A DNA stretch of 64,000 nucleotides from an uncultured Thermoplasmata archaeon (GTDB lineage Archaea; Thermoplasmatota; Thermoplasmata; RBG-16-68-12). Numbering within the stretch: position 1 is the stretch's first letter; each line of letters opens with the position of its first letter. Where the stretch lies: the NCBI GenBank assembly GCA_963768855.1, contig CAVYJM010000006.1, positions 352,001 through 416,000 of the forward strand. The letters are read 5' to 3'. The notes beneath the pieces were generated by a model that saw only the letters and a program-made list of their open reading frames with translations, was not told the DNA's origin and searched no databases. The position numbers and the translations under genes are program-made. Positions 31,628 through 41,092 of the stretch are shown one piece after another.

Positions 31628-32587
31628 ATGTTGGGGTCGCATGAGGGTCTGGTGAAGTTGCGAAAGATCAGCCAGGACGAGAAGCCCGTCCTGACCATCC
31701 AGCCGGGGGAGACCCTGGAGTTCGAGATGCCCGATTTCAGCGGCGGGGCGATCACGAAGAAGTCCACCGCGGCGGACATCAAGGCCCTCCAGTTCTCGAA
31801 GGGCTACGCCCTCGCGGGGCCGATCTGGGTCGAGGGCGCGGAGAAGGGCGACCTGCTCGAGGTGGAACTCCTCGGGTTCGAGGACCACGGCTGGGGCTAC
31901 ACCGCGATCTTCCCCGAGGTGGAGCAGTTCAACCTCGCGGACTACCCCGAGGAGCGGTTCGAACCGTTCATCGCGTTCTGGGACGTCCAGGGGGGCGTCG
32001 CAGTCTGGAAGAAGTTCAACGTCCACGTGCCGCTCCACCCCTTCCTCGGTGTGGTCGGCACCGCGCCGTTCCTGACCGGTTCCTTCAACCCGCTGCCGCC
32101 CCGCGAGTGCGGCGGAAACCTCGACTGCAAACACCTCACCGCGGGCGCGAAGCTCTACCTGCCCGTGCACACGAAGGGCGCGCTGCTCTTCCTCGGAGAC
32201 CCGCATCTCGCCATGGGGGACGGCGAGGTGTACTCGAGCGCGATCGAGGCGCCCCTCAAGGTGAAGGTGCGCGTGAATGTGCGGAAGGATTTGAAGCACA
32301 TCGACCCTCCTGCCTTCGTGGTCGAGAGGGCCCAGGTCCAGGACGTCTTCGACGGCGGCTACATCGGCTTCATGGGCGTCGCCCGGACCTTGGACGAGGC
32401 CACGGAGATCGCCGCCCGCAAGGCGCTGGGCTACTTCTGCAAGAAGCTCGGGATGACGCCCGCGGAGGCCGCGATCCTCCTGGGCGTCACGCTCGACCTC
32501 ACGATCAGTGAGATACCGGACCTGCCGATGAAGGTCGTCAGCGGCCTCGTGCCGTTCTCGTACTTCCCCGGCGTGTCCTTCCCGTGA
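31628..32587 (+). CDS. Acetamidase/formamidase family protein
   Basis: LAGPIWVEGAEKGDLLEVE, HPFLGVVG, CGGNLD, GDPHLAMGDGEV..AIE; alternative TTG start at 31604. Confidence 0.9.
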   Translation: MLGSHEGLVKLRKISQDEKPVLTIQPGETLEFEMPDFSGGAITKKSTAADIKALQFSKGYALAGPIWVEGAEKGDLLEVELLGFEDHGWGYTAIFPEVEQFNLADYPEERFEPFIAFWDVQGGVAVWKKFNVHVPLHPFLGVVGTAPFLTGSFNPLPPRECGGNLDCKHLTAGAKLYLPVHTKGALLFLGDPHLAMGDGEVYSSAIEAPLKVKVRVNVRKDLKHIDPPAFVVERAQVQDVFDGGYIGFMGVARTLDEATEIAARKALGYFCKKLGMTPAEAAILLGVTLDLTISEIPDLPMKVVSGLVPFSYFPGVSFP

Positions 32588-33807
32588 AGGAGATGGAAAC
32601 CATGGATGCGAAGTACTACATCGGACTGGACGAGACATACGGTGCGCACAACTACCACCCGCTCCCCGTCGTCATCTCGAAGGCGAAGGGCGTCTGGGTG
32701 TGGGACGTCGAGGGAAAGAAGTACATCGACATGCTGAGCTCGTACTCGGCGATCAACCAGGGCCACCTGCACCCGCGGATCGTCAAGGCGGCGAAGGACC
32801 AGATGGACCGCGTGACGCTGACGTCGCGGGCCTTCTGCAACGACCGGATGGGGCCGTTCCTGAAGAAGCTCTGCGAGGTCACCGGGATGGACGTCGCCCT
32901 GCCGATGAACACCGGCGCGGAGGCCGTCGAGACCTCGATCAAGGTGGCCCGTCGCTGGGCGCATCAGACGAAGGGAATCCCGGAGGACGAGGGCGACATC
33001 ATCGTCATGGAGAACAACTTCCACGGCCGCACGACGACCATCATCAGCTTCTCGAGCGATCCCGACTCGAAGGCGGGGTTCGGCCCCTTCACGCCGGGCT
33101 TCGTCATGGTGCCGTACAACGACGTCCGCGCGGTCGAGAAGGCGATCACGCCGAAGACGGTCGGCATCCTGGTCGAGCCGATCCAGGGAGAGGCCGGGAT
33201 CAACATCCCGTCGCCGGGGTACCTCAAGGAGTTGCGCCGCCTCTGCGACGAGCACAAGATCCTCCTCATCCTGGATGAGATCCAGACGGGCTGGGCCCGC
33301 ACCGGGAAGATGTTCGCGTTCGAGCACGAGGGGATCAAGCCCGACGTGCTCTGCGTCGGCAAGGCGCTCGGCGGCGGTCTCTACCCGGTGTCCGCGTCGC
33401 TGGCCCGCAAGGACATCATGGCCGTGTTCACCCCCGGGAGTCACGGGAGCACGTTCGGCGGCAACCCCTTGGCCGCGGCGATCGGCGAGGCCGCGATCGA
33501 CGTCCTCGTCGAGGAGAAGCTCGCGGAGAACGCGGCGAAGATGGGGGCCTACTTCGCGAAGCGGCTCGGGGAGATCCGGAACCCGAAGATCAAGGAGATC
33601 CGCCAGAAGGGCCTCCTGATTGGCGTGGAGTTCCACCTCGGGAAGGACGAGACCGTGCGGCCGATCTGCGAGAAGCTCATGGCAAAGGGGGTCCTTGCGA
33701 AGGACACGCACGAGAAGACGGTACGCTTCGCTCCGCCGCTCGTCATCACGAAGGAGGACATCGACTGGGCCATCGAGCGGATCAAGCCCGTGTTCGAGAC
33801 CACCTAG
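32584..33807 (+). CDS. rocD: Ornithine--oxo-acid aminotransferase
   Basis: GAHNYHPLP, SYSAINQGH, MNTGAEAVE, NFHGRT, EPIQGEAG, DEIQTG, GKALGGG, HGSTFGGNPL. Confidence 0.92.
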   Translation: MKEMETMDAKYYIGLDETYGAHNYHPLPVVISKAKGVWVWDVEGKKYIDMLSSYSAINQGHLHPRIVKAAKDQMDRVTLTSRAFCNDRMGPFLKKLCEVTGMDVALPMNTGAEAVETSIKVARRWAHQTKGIPEDEGDIIVMENNFHGRTTTIISFSSDPDSKAGFGPFTPGFVMVPYNDVRAVEKAITPKTVGILVEPIQGEAGINIPSPGYLKELRRLCDEHKILLILDEIQTGWARTGKMFAFEHEGIKPDVLCVGKALGGGLYPVSASLARKDIMAVFTPGSHGSTFGGNPLAAAIGEAAIDVLVEEKLAENAAKMGAYFAKRLGEIRNPKIKEIRQKGLLIGVEFHLGKDETVRPICEKLMAKGVLAKDTHEKTVRFAPPLVITKEDIDWAIERIKPVFETT

Positions 33808-33820
33808 GAGACCGGGCCCA

Positions 33821-34438
33821 TCAAGCCGGTCCGATGCGGAAGATCCGCCACGCGTTCCATGCGGCCCAGCCCAAACCCGCGAACACGGTGAAATGCTCGA
33901 GGGCGTTCGACACGGTCCCGCCCGCGATCGGCGCGTTCGCGACGCTCTCGAACAGGACGGTGACGATGAAGAGCAGGGCGAACCCGCTCGCCACGACGGA
34001 CAGGATGCCCGACACCTTCCCGTAGCGCGGGTCGCGCCACATCGCGACCGCGTAGTGGCTAATCGCCATCATGAAGAGGAGGAAGAACAGGGCGGAGAAG
34101 ATGAAGTGCAGGTTGTAGGGCGACTCCTCGTGGAACACGCCGAGGAGGATCAGGAAGACGGCCGCGAGGGAGAGCAGGTACGTCCCGACGCGGCGCATCC
34201 AGAGCCGCATCCCCGCCCCGAGGGCCCACGCGTACGGCAGGAAGAACAGGCCCGCGAGGATGCAGGCGGAGTTGAAGGCCCATGACGCCGGCGCGCTCGG
34301 GTTCCCGAGGTCGCTCAGGCGGTTCCCCGTGATCGTGTAGCCGGGCGTCGAGAGGGCGGCGACGAGGTACAGGGCGACCCAGGAGGCGACCGCGGCCCCG
34401 CCGAACAGGGCGCCCGTCCGCGTCTCGATCCGCACCAC
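33821..34438 (-). CDS. DUF998-like membrane protein
   Basis: PGY..NRLSDLG, FN..CILAG, LGVFHE, LHFIFS; 5 TM. Confidence 0.7.
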   Translation of the reverse strand: MVRIETRTGALFGGAAVASWVALYLVAALSTPGYTITGNRLSDLGNPSAPASWAFNSACILAGLFFLPYAWALGAGMRLWMRRVGTYLLSLAAVFLILLGVFHEESPYNLHFIFSALFFLLFMMAISHYAVAMWRDPRYGKVSGILSVVASGFALLFIVTVLFESVANAPIAGGTVSNALEHFTVFAGLGWAAWNAWRIFRIGPA

Positions 34439-34545
34439 GGGATTCGCGATGCGCCGTGCGCGGTTAATGCTTGCTCTCCGCCCCCCCGCCGCCGAAACGT
34501 TTATGGCCGTCGAACCGGTCAGGCGGGCCCACTGAGGTTTCCTTC

Positions 34546-35025
34546 ATGGCGGAGAAACTTGATGTCCTCGTCGACGGAGGCAAGGCCACGCCCGGCGCGC
34601 CCTTGGGCCCCGCCCTCGGCCCCCTCGGCGTGAACATCGTCGAGATCATCAAGGCGATCAACGAGAAGACGAAGGCCTTCGAGGGGATGAAGGTCCCCGT
34701 CACCCTCGTCGTCGACCCGAAGACGAAGGCCTACACGATCACGGTCGGCACGCCGCCGACCTCCGCGCTGATCACGAAGGAGCTCGGGATCGAGAAGGGC
34801 TCCGGCGACGCGGGCAAGACGCGCGTCGGCAACATGACCCTCGCCCAGGCGATCAAGGTCGCGAAGATGAAGGAGGGCGTCATGCAGGGGAAGACGCTCA
34901 AGTCCCGCGTCCTCGAGGTCGTCGGCACGGCCGTCTCGATGGGCGTGAGCGTCGAGGGCAAGCCCGCGAAGGAGACGGCCAAGGAGATCAAGGCGGGCAA
35001 GTTCGACGCGAAGCTCGCCGGATAG
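34546..35025 (+). CDS. rpl11: 50S ribosomal protein uL11
   Basis: GGKATPGAPLGPALGPLGVN, GTPPTSAL, EVVGTAVSMG; own BRE/TATA cgaaacgtttatg. Confidence 0.97.
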   Translation: MAEKLDVLVDGGKATPGAPLGPALGPLGVNIVEIIKAINEKTKAFEGMKVPVTLVVDPKTKAYTITVGTPPTSALITKELGIEKGSGDAGKTRVGNMTLAQAIKVAKMKEGVMQGKTLKSRVLEVVGTAVSMGVSVEGKPAKETAKEIKAGKFDAKLAG

Positions 35026-35055
35026 TCCTCCTGCGCCAGGCGGTCGTTCCATTCC

Positions 35056-36501
35056 CTAGAGCGGGGCTGGCTCCGTCTCCGCGTAGGGGCGGAGCAAGGC
35101 GTCGCCCTTCTCCCGGATGTCCCGGTCCAGCGGCTCGACCTGGTGTTCGCGGAGCGTCTTCCGCACGACCTCCCGCGCGTCCGCCACCATCCGATCCGAC
35201 ATCGTCGCCCCGTAGGTCTGGGCCTTCTTGTTCCGGAAGAAGAGCTGGCTTCGGAAGTTCTTCGTCGTGTGGGGATGGCTGAGGAACGAGCCCCCGGGGC
35301 CGACCTCGCGGATCACGTCCAGGGACGCGGTCGTCTCGTCCACGGAGAAGTGCCTCATGTACGCGCGGAAGTCCTCCCAGTTGACCGCATCGATGACCAT
35401 CTGCTCCAGGGAGCAGCCTGCGTCGAGGTTGAGCCCGCCGATCCCGGAGCACAGGTCCGTCCCCGACATGGTCGTGAGCATGAGGGCCGCGAGTTCGCCG
35501 AAGGGGATGTCCACGCCCGGGCGGGGTGCGTCGACCCCGATGATGCCCGTCATTCGCGGCAAGCCGTACCGCCGCGCCATCTGGGCCGCCGCCGCGAAGA
35601 TCATGGGCGCCTCCGGCCCGCGGTACCCAATGTAACCCGAAGCCATGTCCGCCATCGTGGCCTCGGAGCAGTAGATGTGCGGCGCCCCGGACGCGGCGGT
35701 CTGCGTGATCACGAGGCTCGCGAGGGCCTCGGCATTCAGGGTGACGATCGTCCCGGCGAGGGTGACAGGCGCGGTGATCCCGCCCATGGCCATGGACATG
35801 CCGATGACCGGGATGCCCGCCCGCGCGTACTCGATCTGCGCCTCGACCGCGCCGGTCTCGAAGGAGAGCGGTGCGATGGGACAGCTCAGGACGGAGAACA
35901 GCGGGTGCTTCTTCAGCGCCTCCCTTCCTCCCGCCACGAGGGCCCCGAGGGCGATCTGGATCTTCGCGTCGGGCACGCCCAGCGTCCCCGATCCCGCGGA
36001 GCCGAGGATGTGCTTCGTCGTGTTCTGGAGGCACACCCAGAGTTCGTTCGCGAACTGCGCATGGGCCGGCACGTCCGACGTCGTCACGAGCGGCCAGACC
36101 GCGTCGATCGGGTCGAGCGCATCCGCGAGGCGCGCGATGTCCGCGAGGTCCTTCGTGGTCGCGGGGCGCGGCTTCCCGGTCTCCAAATCGGTGATGGAGA
36201 GGGTCACGCCGCCCGTGGACACGTACGGCGGGCCGCTCACCGGGATTCGGAGGTCGCGGTGCGGGTCCCGGGCGCCGAGGACGAAGGACTTCGGTGCCGT
36301 GAGGATCGAACTGGCCACGAGGGCCTCCGGGAGTTTCACGAGCTCCGTGCTGCGGCCGATCTGGGCGCCCGCGTCCGCGAGCATCTTCCGGACGCTCGCG
36401 CTGTGGACGAGCACGCCCACCGACTCGAGGCACTCCACGCTCTGCGCGTGGATGAGATCCTCTTCCGCCTTGTCCAGGAACCGGAGACCTAAGACCGCCA
36501 T
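35056..36501 (-). CDS. MttB-superfamily (trimethylamine methyltransferase-like) protein, non-pyrrolysine
   Basis: IHAQSVECLESVGV, APKSFVLGARDP, APVTLAGTIVTLNAEAL, LEQMVID, EVGPGGSFLSHPHT; no in-frame TAG; start ATG 36501. Confidence 0.88.
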   Translation of the reverse strand: MAVLGLRFLDKAEEDLIHAQSVECLESVGVLVHSASVRKMLADAGAQIGRSTELVKLPEALVASSILTAPKSFVLGARDPHRDLRIPVSGPPYVSTGGVTLSITDLETGKPRPATTKDLADIARLADALDPIDAVWPLVTTSDVPAHAQFANELWVCLQNTTKHILGSAGSGTLGVPDAKIQIALGALVAGGREALKKHPLFSVLSCPIAPLSFETGAVEAQIEYARAGIPVIGMSMAMGGITAPVTLAGTIVTLNAEALASLVITQTAASGAPHIYCSEATMADMASGYIGYRGPEAPMIFAAAAQMARRYGLPRMTGIIGVDAPRPGVDIPFGELAALMLTTMSGTDLCSGIGGLNLDAGCSLEQMVIDAVNWEDFRAYMRHFSVDETTASLDVIREVGPGGSFLSHPHTTKNFRSQLFFRNKKAQTYGATMSDRMVADAREVVRKTLREHQVEPLDRDIREKGDALLRPYAETEPAPL

Positions 36502-36654
36502 GGGATATCCCTGCGCTGCGCGGGGTAGCCGTCTGGGGGGCTTCATGGCTGAGTAAGGGGTGTAACGACTTTCACGCCCAGGGAAAGGGTACAGGGTGGG
36601 GTGATCCATGCGCTTGAGGCGAAGGGTCAAGCGCCGCTCTCTGTTCGTCACGAC

Positions 36655-37089
36655 ATGGCCCTCGAACTCAGCGCCGTGATCCCTGCGACCCCGGACCAGG
36701 TGTTCTCCATCCTCTCGGACCTGAACCAGGCCCGGGAATGGATGCCCGCGATCCAGAGGATCGAACGCTTGGACGACAAGCCGTTCGGCGTCGGGACGTC
36801 TTGGCGGGAGACGCGCCAGGCCGGCAAGCGGACGATGGAGTCGACGATCCACGTGGTCGCCTGCGAGCGCGGGTCGCGAATCGGGCTCCGCGTGGAGTCC
36901 TCCGCCATGGAAGGCGACATGGAGTTCCTCCTGAAGCCCACAGGGCCCGGGACAGAGGTGCAGTACCGCGCCCAAATGAAGGGCCGCGGGGTCATGCGGC
37001 TCATGGGCGGCACGATCAACAGGATGATGGCCGAGGAGGACGCGGACCTCCTCATGCGGCTCGAGAAGCAGGTCTCGAAGAACCGCTGA
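36655..37089 (+). CDS. SRPBCC/polyketide cyclase-like protein
   Basis: ATPDQVFSILSD..WMP, GVGTSWRETR; ATG 36655. Confidence 0.8.
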   Translation: MALELSAVIPATPDQVFSILSDLNQAREWMPAIQRIERLDDKPFGVGTSWRETRQAGKRTMESTIHVVACERGSRIGLRVESSAMEGDMEFLLKPTGPGTEVQYRAQMKGRGVMRLMGGTINRMMAEEDADLLMRLEKQVSKNR

Positions 37090-37118
37090 TGCGATCCCGC
37101 CTCCGGCCGCGGGACGGC

Positions 37119-37628
37119 TCAGTGGTCTTCCGTCGTGTCGTACTTCTCCGATTCCGACCTCAAGTCGTAGGGTCTCCACTCGTAGGGCCACCACATCACC
37201 GCCGCGATCGTCATCATAACGGCCCCAACCTGGAAGAGGACGAAGTTCATGAGCGACCCAGGTTTGGCCTGGAGGACGGCGCCCTCCATGGAGAATCCCA
37301 CGACGAAGACGATTAGGGCGATGGTCGCCACGACCTCATCCTCAAGGGGGTGCTTGGTGTGGGTGACCGGGTGGCGGTCTACCGGGCCGCCAACGGCTCG
37401 GTTGCTCGTGCGCGCACGCTTCCGCAGGGCCCGACGGCGACGCGCCTCCAGGTAGATGGCCGCGTCGACGAAGCCCACGACGACGAGGCCCGCCGGTCCG
37501 ATCCAATAGGGAATGGCGAATTGCAGGAGAAACAGGAGGAGGATTCCCAGGGTAATGCCGCCTACGACCCCGGCGGCGCGCAGCCGCCCCCAGAAGCTCC
37601 GCCTTCGCGCCACAGGTGAGCCAAGCAC
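37119..37628 (-). CDS. Small hypothetical membrane protein (4 TM); start uncertain
   Basis: Two pairs of hydrophobic helices separated by a basic loop. Confidence 0.55.
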   Translation of the reverse strand: MLGSPVARRRSFWGRLRAAGVVGGITLGILLLFLLQFAIPYWIGPAGLVVVGFVDAAIYLEARRRRALRKRARTSNRAVGGPVDRHPVTHTKHPLEDEVVATIALIVFVVGFSMEGAVLQAKPGSLMNFVLFQVGAVMMTIAAVMWWPYEWRPYDLRSESEKYDTTEDH

Positions 37629-37787
37629 GCTTAAGCGGATAGAGATTTCCGGGGAACTCCTCGCTGCGCGGGATCAAGACGGCGGCCTCGCTCACGCGGT
37701 AGGGAATGAAAAGGAAGGGTCGAAAGAAAAGGGAGAAGGGTTCAAAGGACGGCCGGTTCCGGTACTATGTGCTCGCGTCAGAGGACA

Positions 37788-37916
37788 TCACGACTCCTTG
37801 AGCGAGCGGCGCTCCAATCCGAACGCCCGCCGGTCCGAATCAAAGATCCGGTTCGGGTATTCGGATGGAAGCACCTGGTGGCGCCGGAACAGTTCAAGTT
37901 CGAGCACACCGGGCAA
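37788..37916 (-). CDS. Putative 42-aa small protein
   Basis: TTG start 4 nt after a perfect GGAGGTGA Shine-Dalgarno (37921-37928); MPGVLELELFRRHQVLPSEYPNRIFDSDRRAFGLERRSLKES. Confidence 0.5.
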   Translation of the reverse strand: MPGVLELELFRRHQVLPSEYPNRIFDSDRRAFGLERRSLKES

Positions 37917-38161
37917 CTTCTCACCTCCCTTTTCCTGGTTCACACTAGTGCAGACCCCGACGTCGGGGCCGGATGAGATGGAGGACGCGTTCGAGATCAC
38001 GGAGGATTCCTTTCCCTGTTCGGCGACCCTTCCTTGGGAGCCGCCCCTATTTCAATCCTTGTCAGCGACTCTTCCGAATGGACAAAGCCGCCTCCCACAA
38101 CGGTATATGGATGCCCGTTTCCGGCCACCCATTCCCCGGTACAGCGTCGGCCGGGCAGGGG

Positions 38162-38983
38162 TCAGGGTTCGGGCGCGCGGGCGACCTTCATCTCGCGGCC
38201 GGCGTCCTCGCCGACGTGCTCGAGCATCGCCTCGAGCTGGATCCGGACGAAGTCCATGTCCCCGACCCACAGCCCCTGGATCTTGTCGCTCACGAGGACG
38301 CCATCGCGGTAGAAGGAGTTCACGATGAAGACCTCCTGGTCGCTCGGGAAGACGTAGCTGTGGGCGAGGCGGGTCTTCGGCAGGGGCCGGTCGGGGAAGC
38401 GGAACGAGACGCGGACGTTGCGGCCCAGGATGGCGCCGAGCTCGGGCAGGTCCTTCTTGTTCCCTTCGTTCAGGACGACGCGCACGACGCGCCGCGACCG
38501 GCTCAGGGCGTCGAACAGGAGTCGGAGGACCTCGGGGGCCACGGGGAACGGGCAGACGCAGAGGATCTGGTTCGTGCTCGACAGCACGATCTCCCGCATC
38601 TTTCGGCCGATGCCCTCCGCACCCTTGTAGATCCAGAGGTCCCCGTCCGTCTCCCGCGCGTGCGGGACGGCGGGCTCGCGGAGCGTGGCGACGAGCTCCG
38701 AGGCGGCGGACAAGTCGTCCGTCCGGACCTGGCGGGCCTCCTCCGCGACGATCCGCGGCGCCCGAGCTCGGTAGCGGTTGGGCCGCTCCTGCGAGACCTC
38801 GATCCACCCCTTCGTCTGGAGGGACTGAAGGATGCGGTAGACTGCGGGATACTGCACCTCCAGCAACGCGCTGACTTGCTGCGCCGTCGACACGCCGTTC
38901 CGCAGCAGGGCCAGATAGGCCCGGGCCTCTTTCCCGGTGAGGCCGAGGGCCTCGAAGGCCCTCGTCGCTTCCTCCTCTCGCAC
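38162..38983 (-). CDS. TrmB-family transcriptional regulator
   Basis: LGLTGKEARAYLALL, YRILQSLQTKGWIE, PNRYRA, LWIYKG; GTG start at 38983. Confidence 0.88.
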   Translation of the reverse strand: MREEEATRAFEALGLTGKEARAYLALLRNGVSTAQQVSALLEVQYPAVYRILQSLQTKGWIEVSQERPNRYRARAPRIVAEEARQVRTDDLSAASELVATLREPAVPHARETDGDLWIYKGAEGIGRKMREIVLSSTNQILCVCPFPVAPEVLRLLFDALSRSRRVVRVVLNEGNKKDLPELGAILGRNVRVSFRFPDRPLPKTRLAHSYVFPSDQEVFIVNSFYRDGVLVSDKIQGLWVGDMDFVRIQLEAMLEHVGEDAGREMKVARAPEP

Positions 38984-39024
38984 GACGGACCATGGGGAGG
39001 CCCGATACAAAAGGCTTCGCGTTC

Positions 39025-39045
39025 TTATCATTGCCCGGCTGATAA
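39025..39045. promoter_or_regulatory. Inverted repeat TTATCA-N9-TGATAA, candidate TrmB operator
   Basis: Perfect 6-bp arms ~40 bp upstream of the trmB-like start. Confidence 0.45.
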
Positions 39046-39296
39046 TGCGCGGCGTCCGCGTTGGCGGGGCGGTTCATCCGTCGCGAGAAGATGCAGCGAT
39101 AGGGACGAGGTCTCCTTTGACGAGGCGTTCAGTCCCTCCGCTTCCTTTCGGGCGTTCATGCAGGGGGCCAGCCGGGGGCGACTCGGAGCCCCTGCAGCAT
39201 GCAGGCTCCGACTGTTTCGGTCAACCTAAATCCTGAGAATTGTGTTCGCCACGTATATATCTCCGAGGGCGACATGGACCGACCGGCAACGAAGGG

Positions 39297-39734
39297 ATGC
39301 CTTTGGACCTGGTGATCCTTGGATTCGAGATCGCGTTCGAGGGCAGCCTGGTCGGCGTGGGCGTCCTCCTGCTCGCGACGTTCCTGGCCTTCGCTCGGAT
39401 GAACAAGGACGTCCGTCGTGCTCGCATGTTCATCATGGCGGACCGCGTGAAGCGGTTCCTCGGGGCGTTCACCCTTGGCTTCCTGGCCATCGCTGCGGAT
39501 TCGATCTTCTCGATCGCCGGCTTCCCCGCTCCGCCGGCGGTTTCCGTCAGCGTCATCTTCGTGTTCCTTGCGTCCATCGTCTTTGGGAGTCTCGAGCTGT
39601 TCCTGATCGTGCGGCCACCGCGCTCGCGGTTGCGCTCGCTGCGGCCGGCGATCGGCCGTCGGGGCGGATCGCGTGCTCGCGAGGCGGCGTCGTCCGAGGA
39701 CCCGCCCGAAGGAGAGACCCATGCCGCGCGGTGA
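39297..39734 (+). CDS. Hypothetical membrane protein (3 TM)
   Basis: Three hydrophobic helices; TATA gtatatat upstream; overlaps the next gene. Confidence 0.65.
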   Translation: MPLDLVILGFEIAFEGSLVGVGVLLLATFLAFARMNKDVRRARMFIMADRVKRFLGAFTLGFLAIAADSIFSIAGFPAPPAVSVSVIFVFLASIVFGSLELFLIVRPPRSRLRSLRPAIGRRGGSRAREAASSEDPPEGETHAAR

Positions 39735-40549
39735 GGTCGAGGACGCGCACGAAACCGTCTCGACGGGAGAGGAGCCCGCGCTCGAGAACCAGCTCGAGCA
39801 GATTCTCCTCCAGCTCCGGCGACGGGCCCGCGGGGTGCGGGGCTCGGTCATCGCCGACGCGAACGGGCTCGCGGTGGCCGGGGACATCCGGGGCGGCATG
39901 AGCTCCGGCGTGCTCTCGGCGATGAGCACCCTCATCGCGCAGTCGGCGGGGGGCGTCTTCGAGAACCTGAGCATGCCGAACCCCGATTTCATCCTCATGG
40001 AGGCCCCTCTCGCCAACGTCGCGGTCATCACGATGTCCGGCGGGGAGCTCAGCCTCCTCGCGCTCGTGGACAAGGCGACGAACCTGGGGGTCCTGAAGAT
40101 CGAGATGAAGCGGGCCGCACGCGGGATCGCGGAAGCCCTCGGCCTCGCCTTCGGCGGCCGGGCGGACATCTCCGAGCTCTTCGTCCTCCACAAGAGCGGC
40201 CTCCTCCTCCGCCACTACTCCGATTCCCTGCAGGACCGACATCGACCGCGACATCCTCGGCGGGATGCTCGTCGGGGTGCAGGACTTCGTGAAGCAGACC
40301 CTCGCGACGAAGGAGGGCAGTCTGGACCAGATGCGGTACGGCGACTACACGATCTTCTTCGTGCGCGGCACGGACGTGATCGCGGCCGCGGTGGTCCGGG
40401 AGGGCGACGCCGAGAGCGTCCAGTATCAGGTCATGGACGCGCTCCAGGAGTTCGAGGAGCGCTACCGGACGACCCTGAAGTCGTGGACGGGGGACGCGAA
40501 CGCCTTCCCGGGCATCGACGCGTGCTTCGAGAAAGTCCTGCGGGCCTGA
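39721..40549 (+). CDS. Roadblock/LAMTOR2 domain fused to a longin-like domain (one +1 frameshift near 40232)
   Basis: GSVIADANGLAV..SAMS..LKIEMKRAA (Roadblock), then ELFVLHKSGLLLRH / DIDRDILGGMLVGVQDFVKQ..MRYGDYTIFFVRG; removing one base joins the two ORFs. Confidence 0.7.
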
Positions 40550-40570
40550 AGGACGCCCTCGGCTCCGCGG

Positions 40571-41023
40571 CTACGGGGCTGGCGTGAGGCCTGCATCACA
40601 CGGCGGATTCGGACAAGCCATGATCTCCTGCTGGATGAGCCAGACCGTCACCCCGGTCTGGGGACACTGCGTCACTTGGATGGACTGCATCATCCCCGGC
40701 CCCCACGTGACGGCTACGTGCTTGGTGGTGTTGGAGTGGACGAGCTGGTTCGTGTCTCCCGTCCAATCGCCCGTGTAGGCCACGGACGCCACCACGTCGG
40801 TCCAGTACGTGCTCGTGAGGTTGAACTGGAGGACGCCCTGCAGGTAGGGCGGTTGTGACGACAGGCCGCACGAAAACCCGACGCCGGAAAGCTCCAAGTC
40901 TTGTGCGAATCGGTTGATCGTCGGCGGGCCTGCGGGCCTTTGCAGCGTATACCCGATGAGGAAACCTCCCAATCCCGACAGCACGAGGGCCCCAACGACG
41001 GCTAGAACGACGAGTCCCTTCAC
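40571..41023 (-). CDS. Hypothetical secreted or membrane-anchored protein
   Basis: N-terminal hydrophobic helix, Cys-containing beta domain. Confidence 0.6.
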   Translation of the reverse strand: MKGLVVLAVVGALVLSGLGGFLIGYTLQRPAGPPTINRFAQDLELSGVGFSCGLSSQPPYLQGVLQFNLTSTYWTDVVASVAYTGDWTGDTNQLVHSNTTKHVAVTWGPGMMQSIQVTQCPQTGVTVWLIQQEIMACPNPPCDAGLTPAP

Positions 41024-41092
41024 GCAAGCATGCCTCCACCGCTGTATTGCCTGACCCGGCTTTAGGTCCGCGGGTCCGGCGGTCCGCTCCGC

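Noticed and set aside
35056-35058. MttB TAG as a pyrrolysine codon
   Set aside because: The TAG is at the natural C-terminus of a full-length protein, not at the internal Pyl position; no pyl genes in the window.
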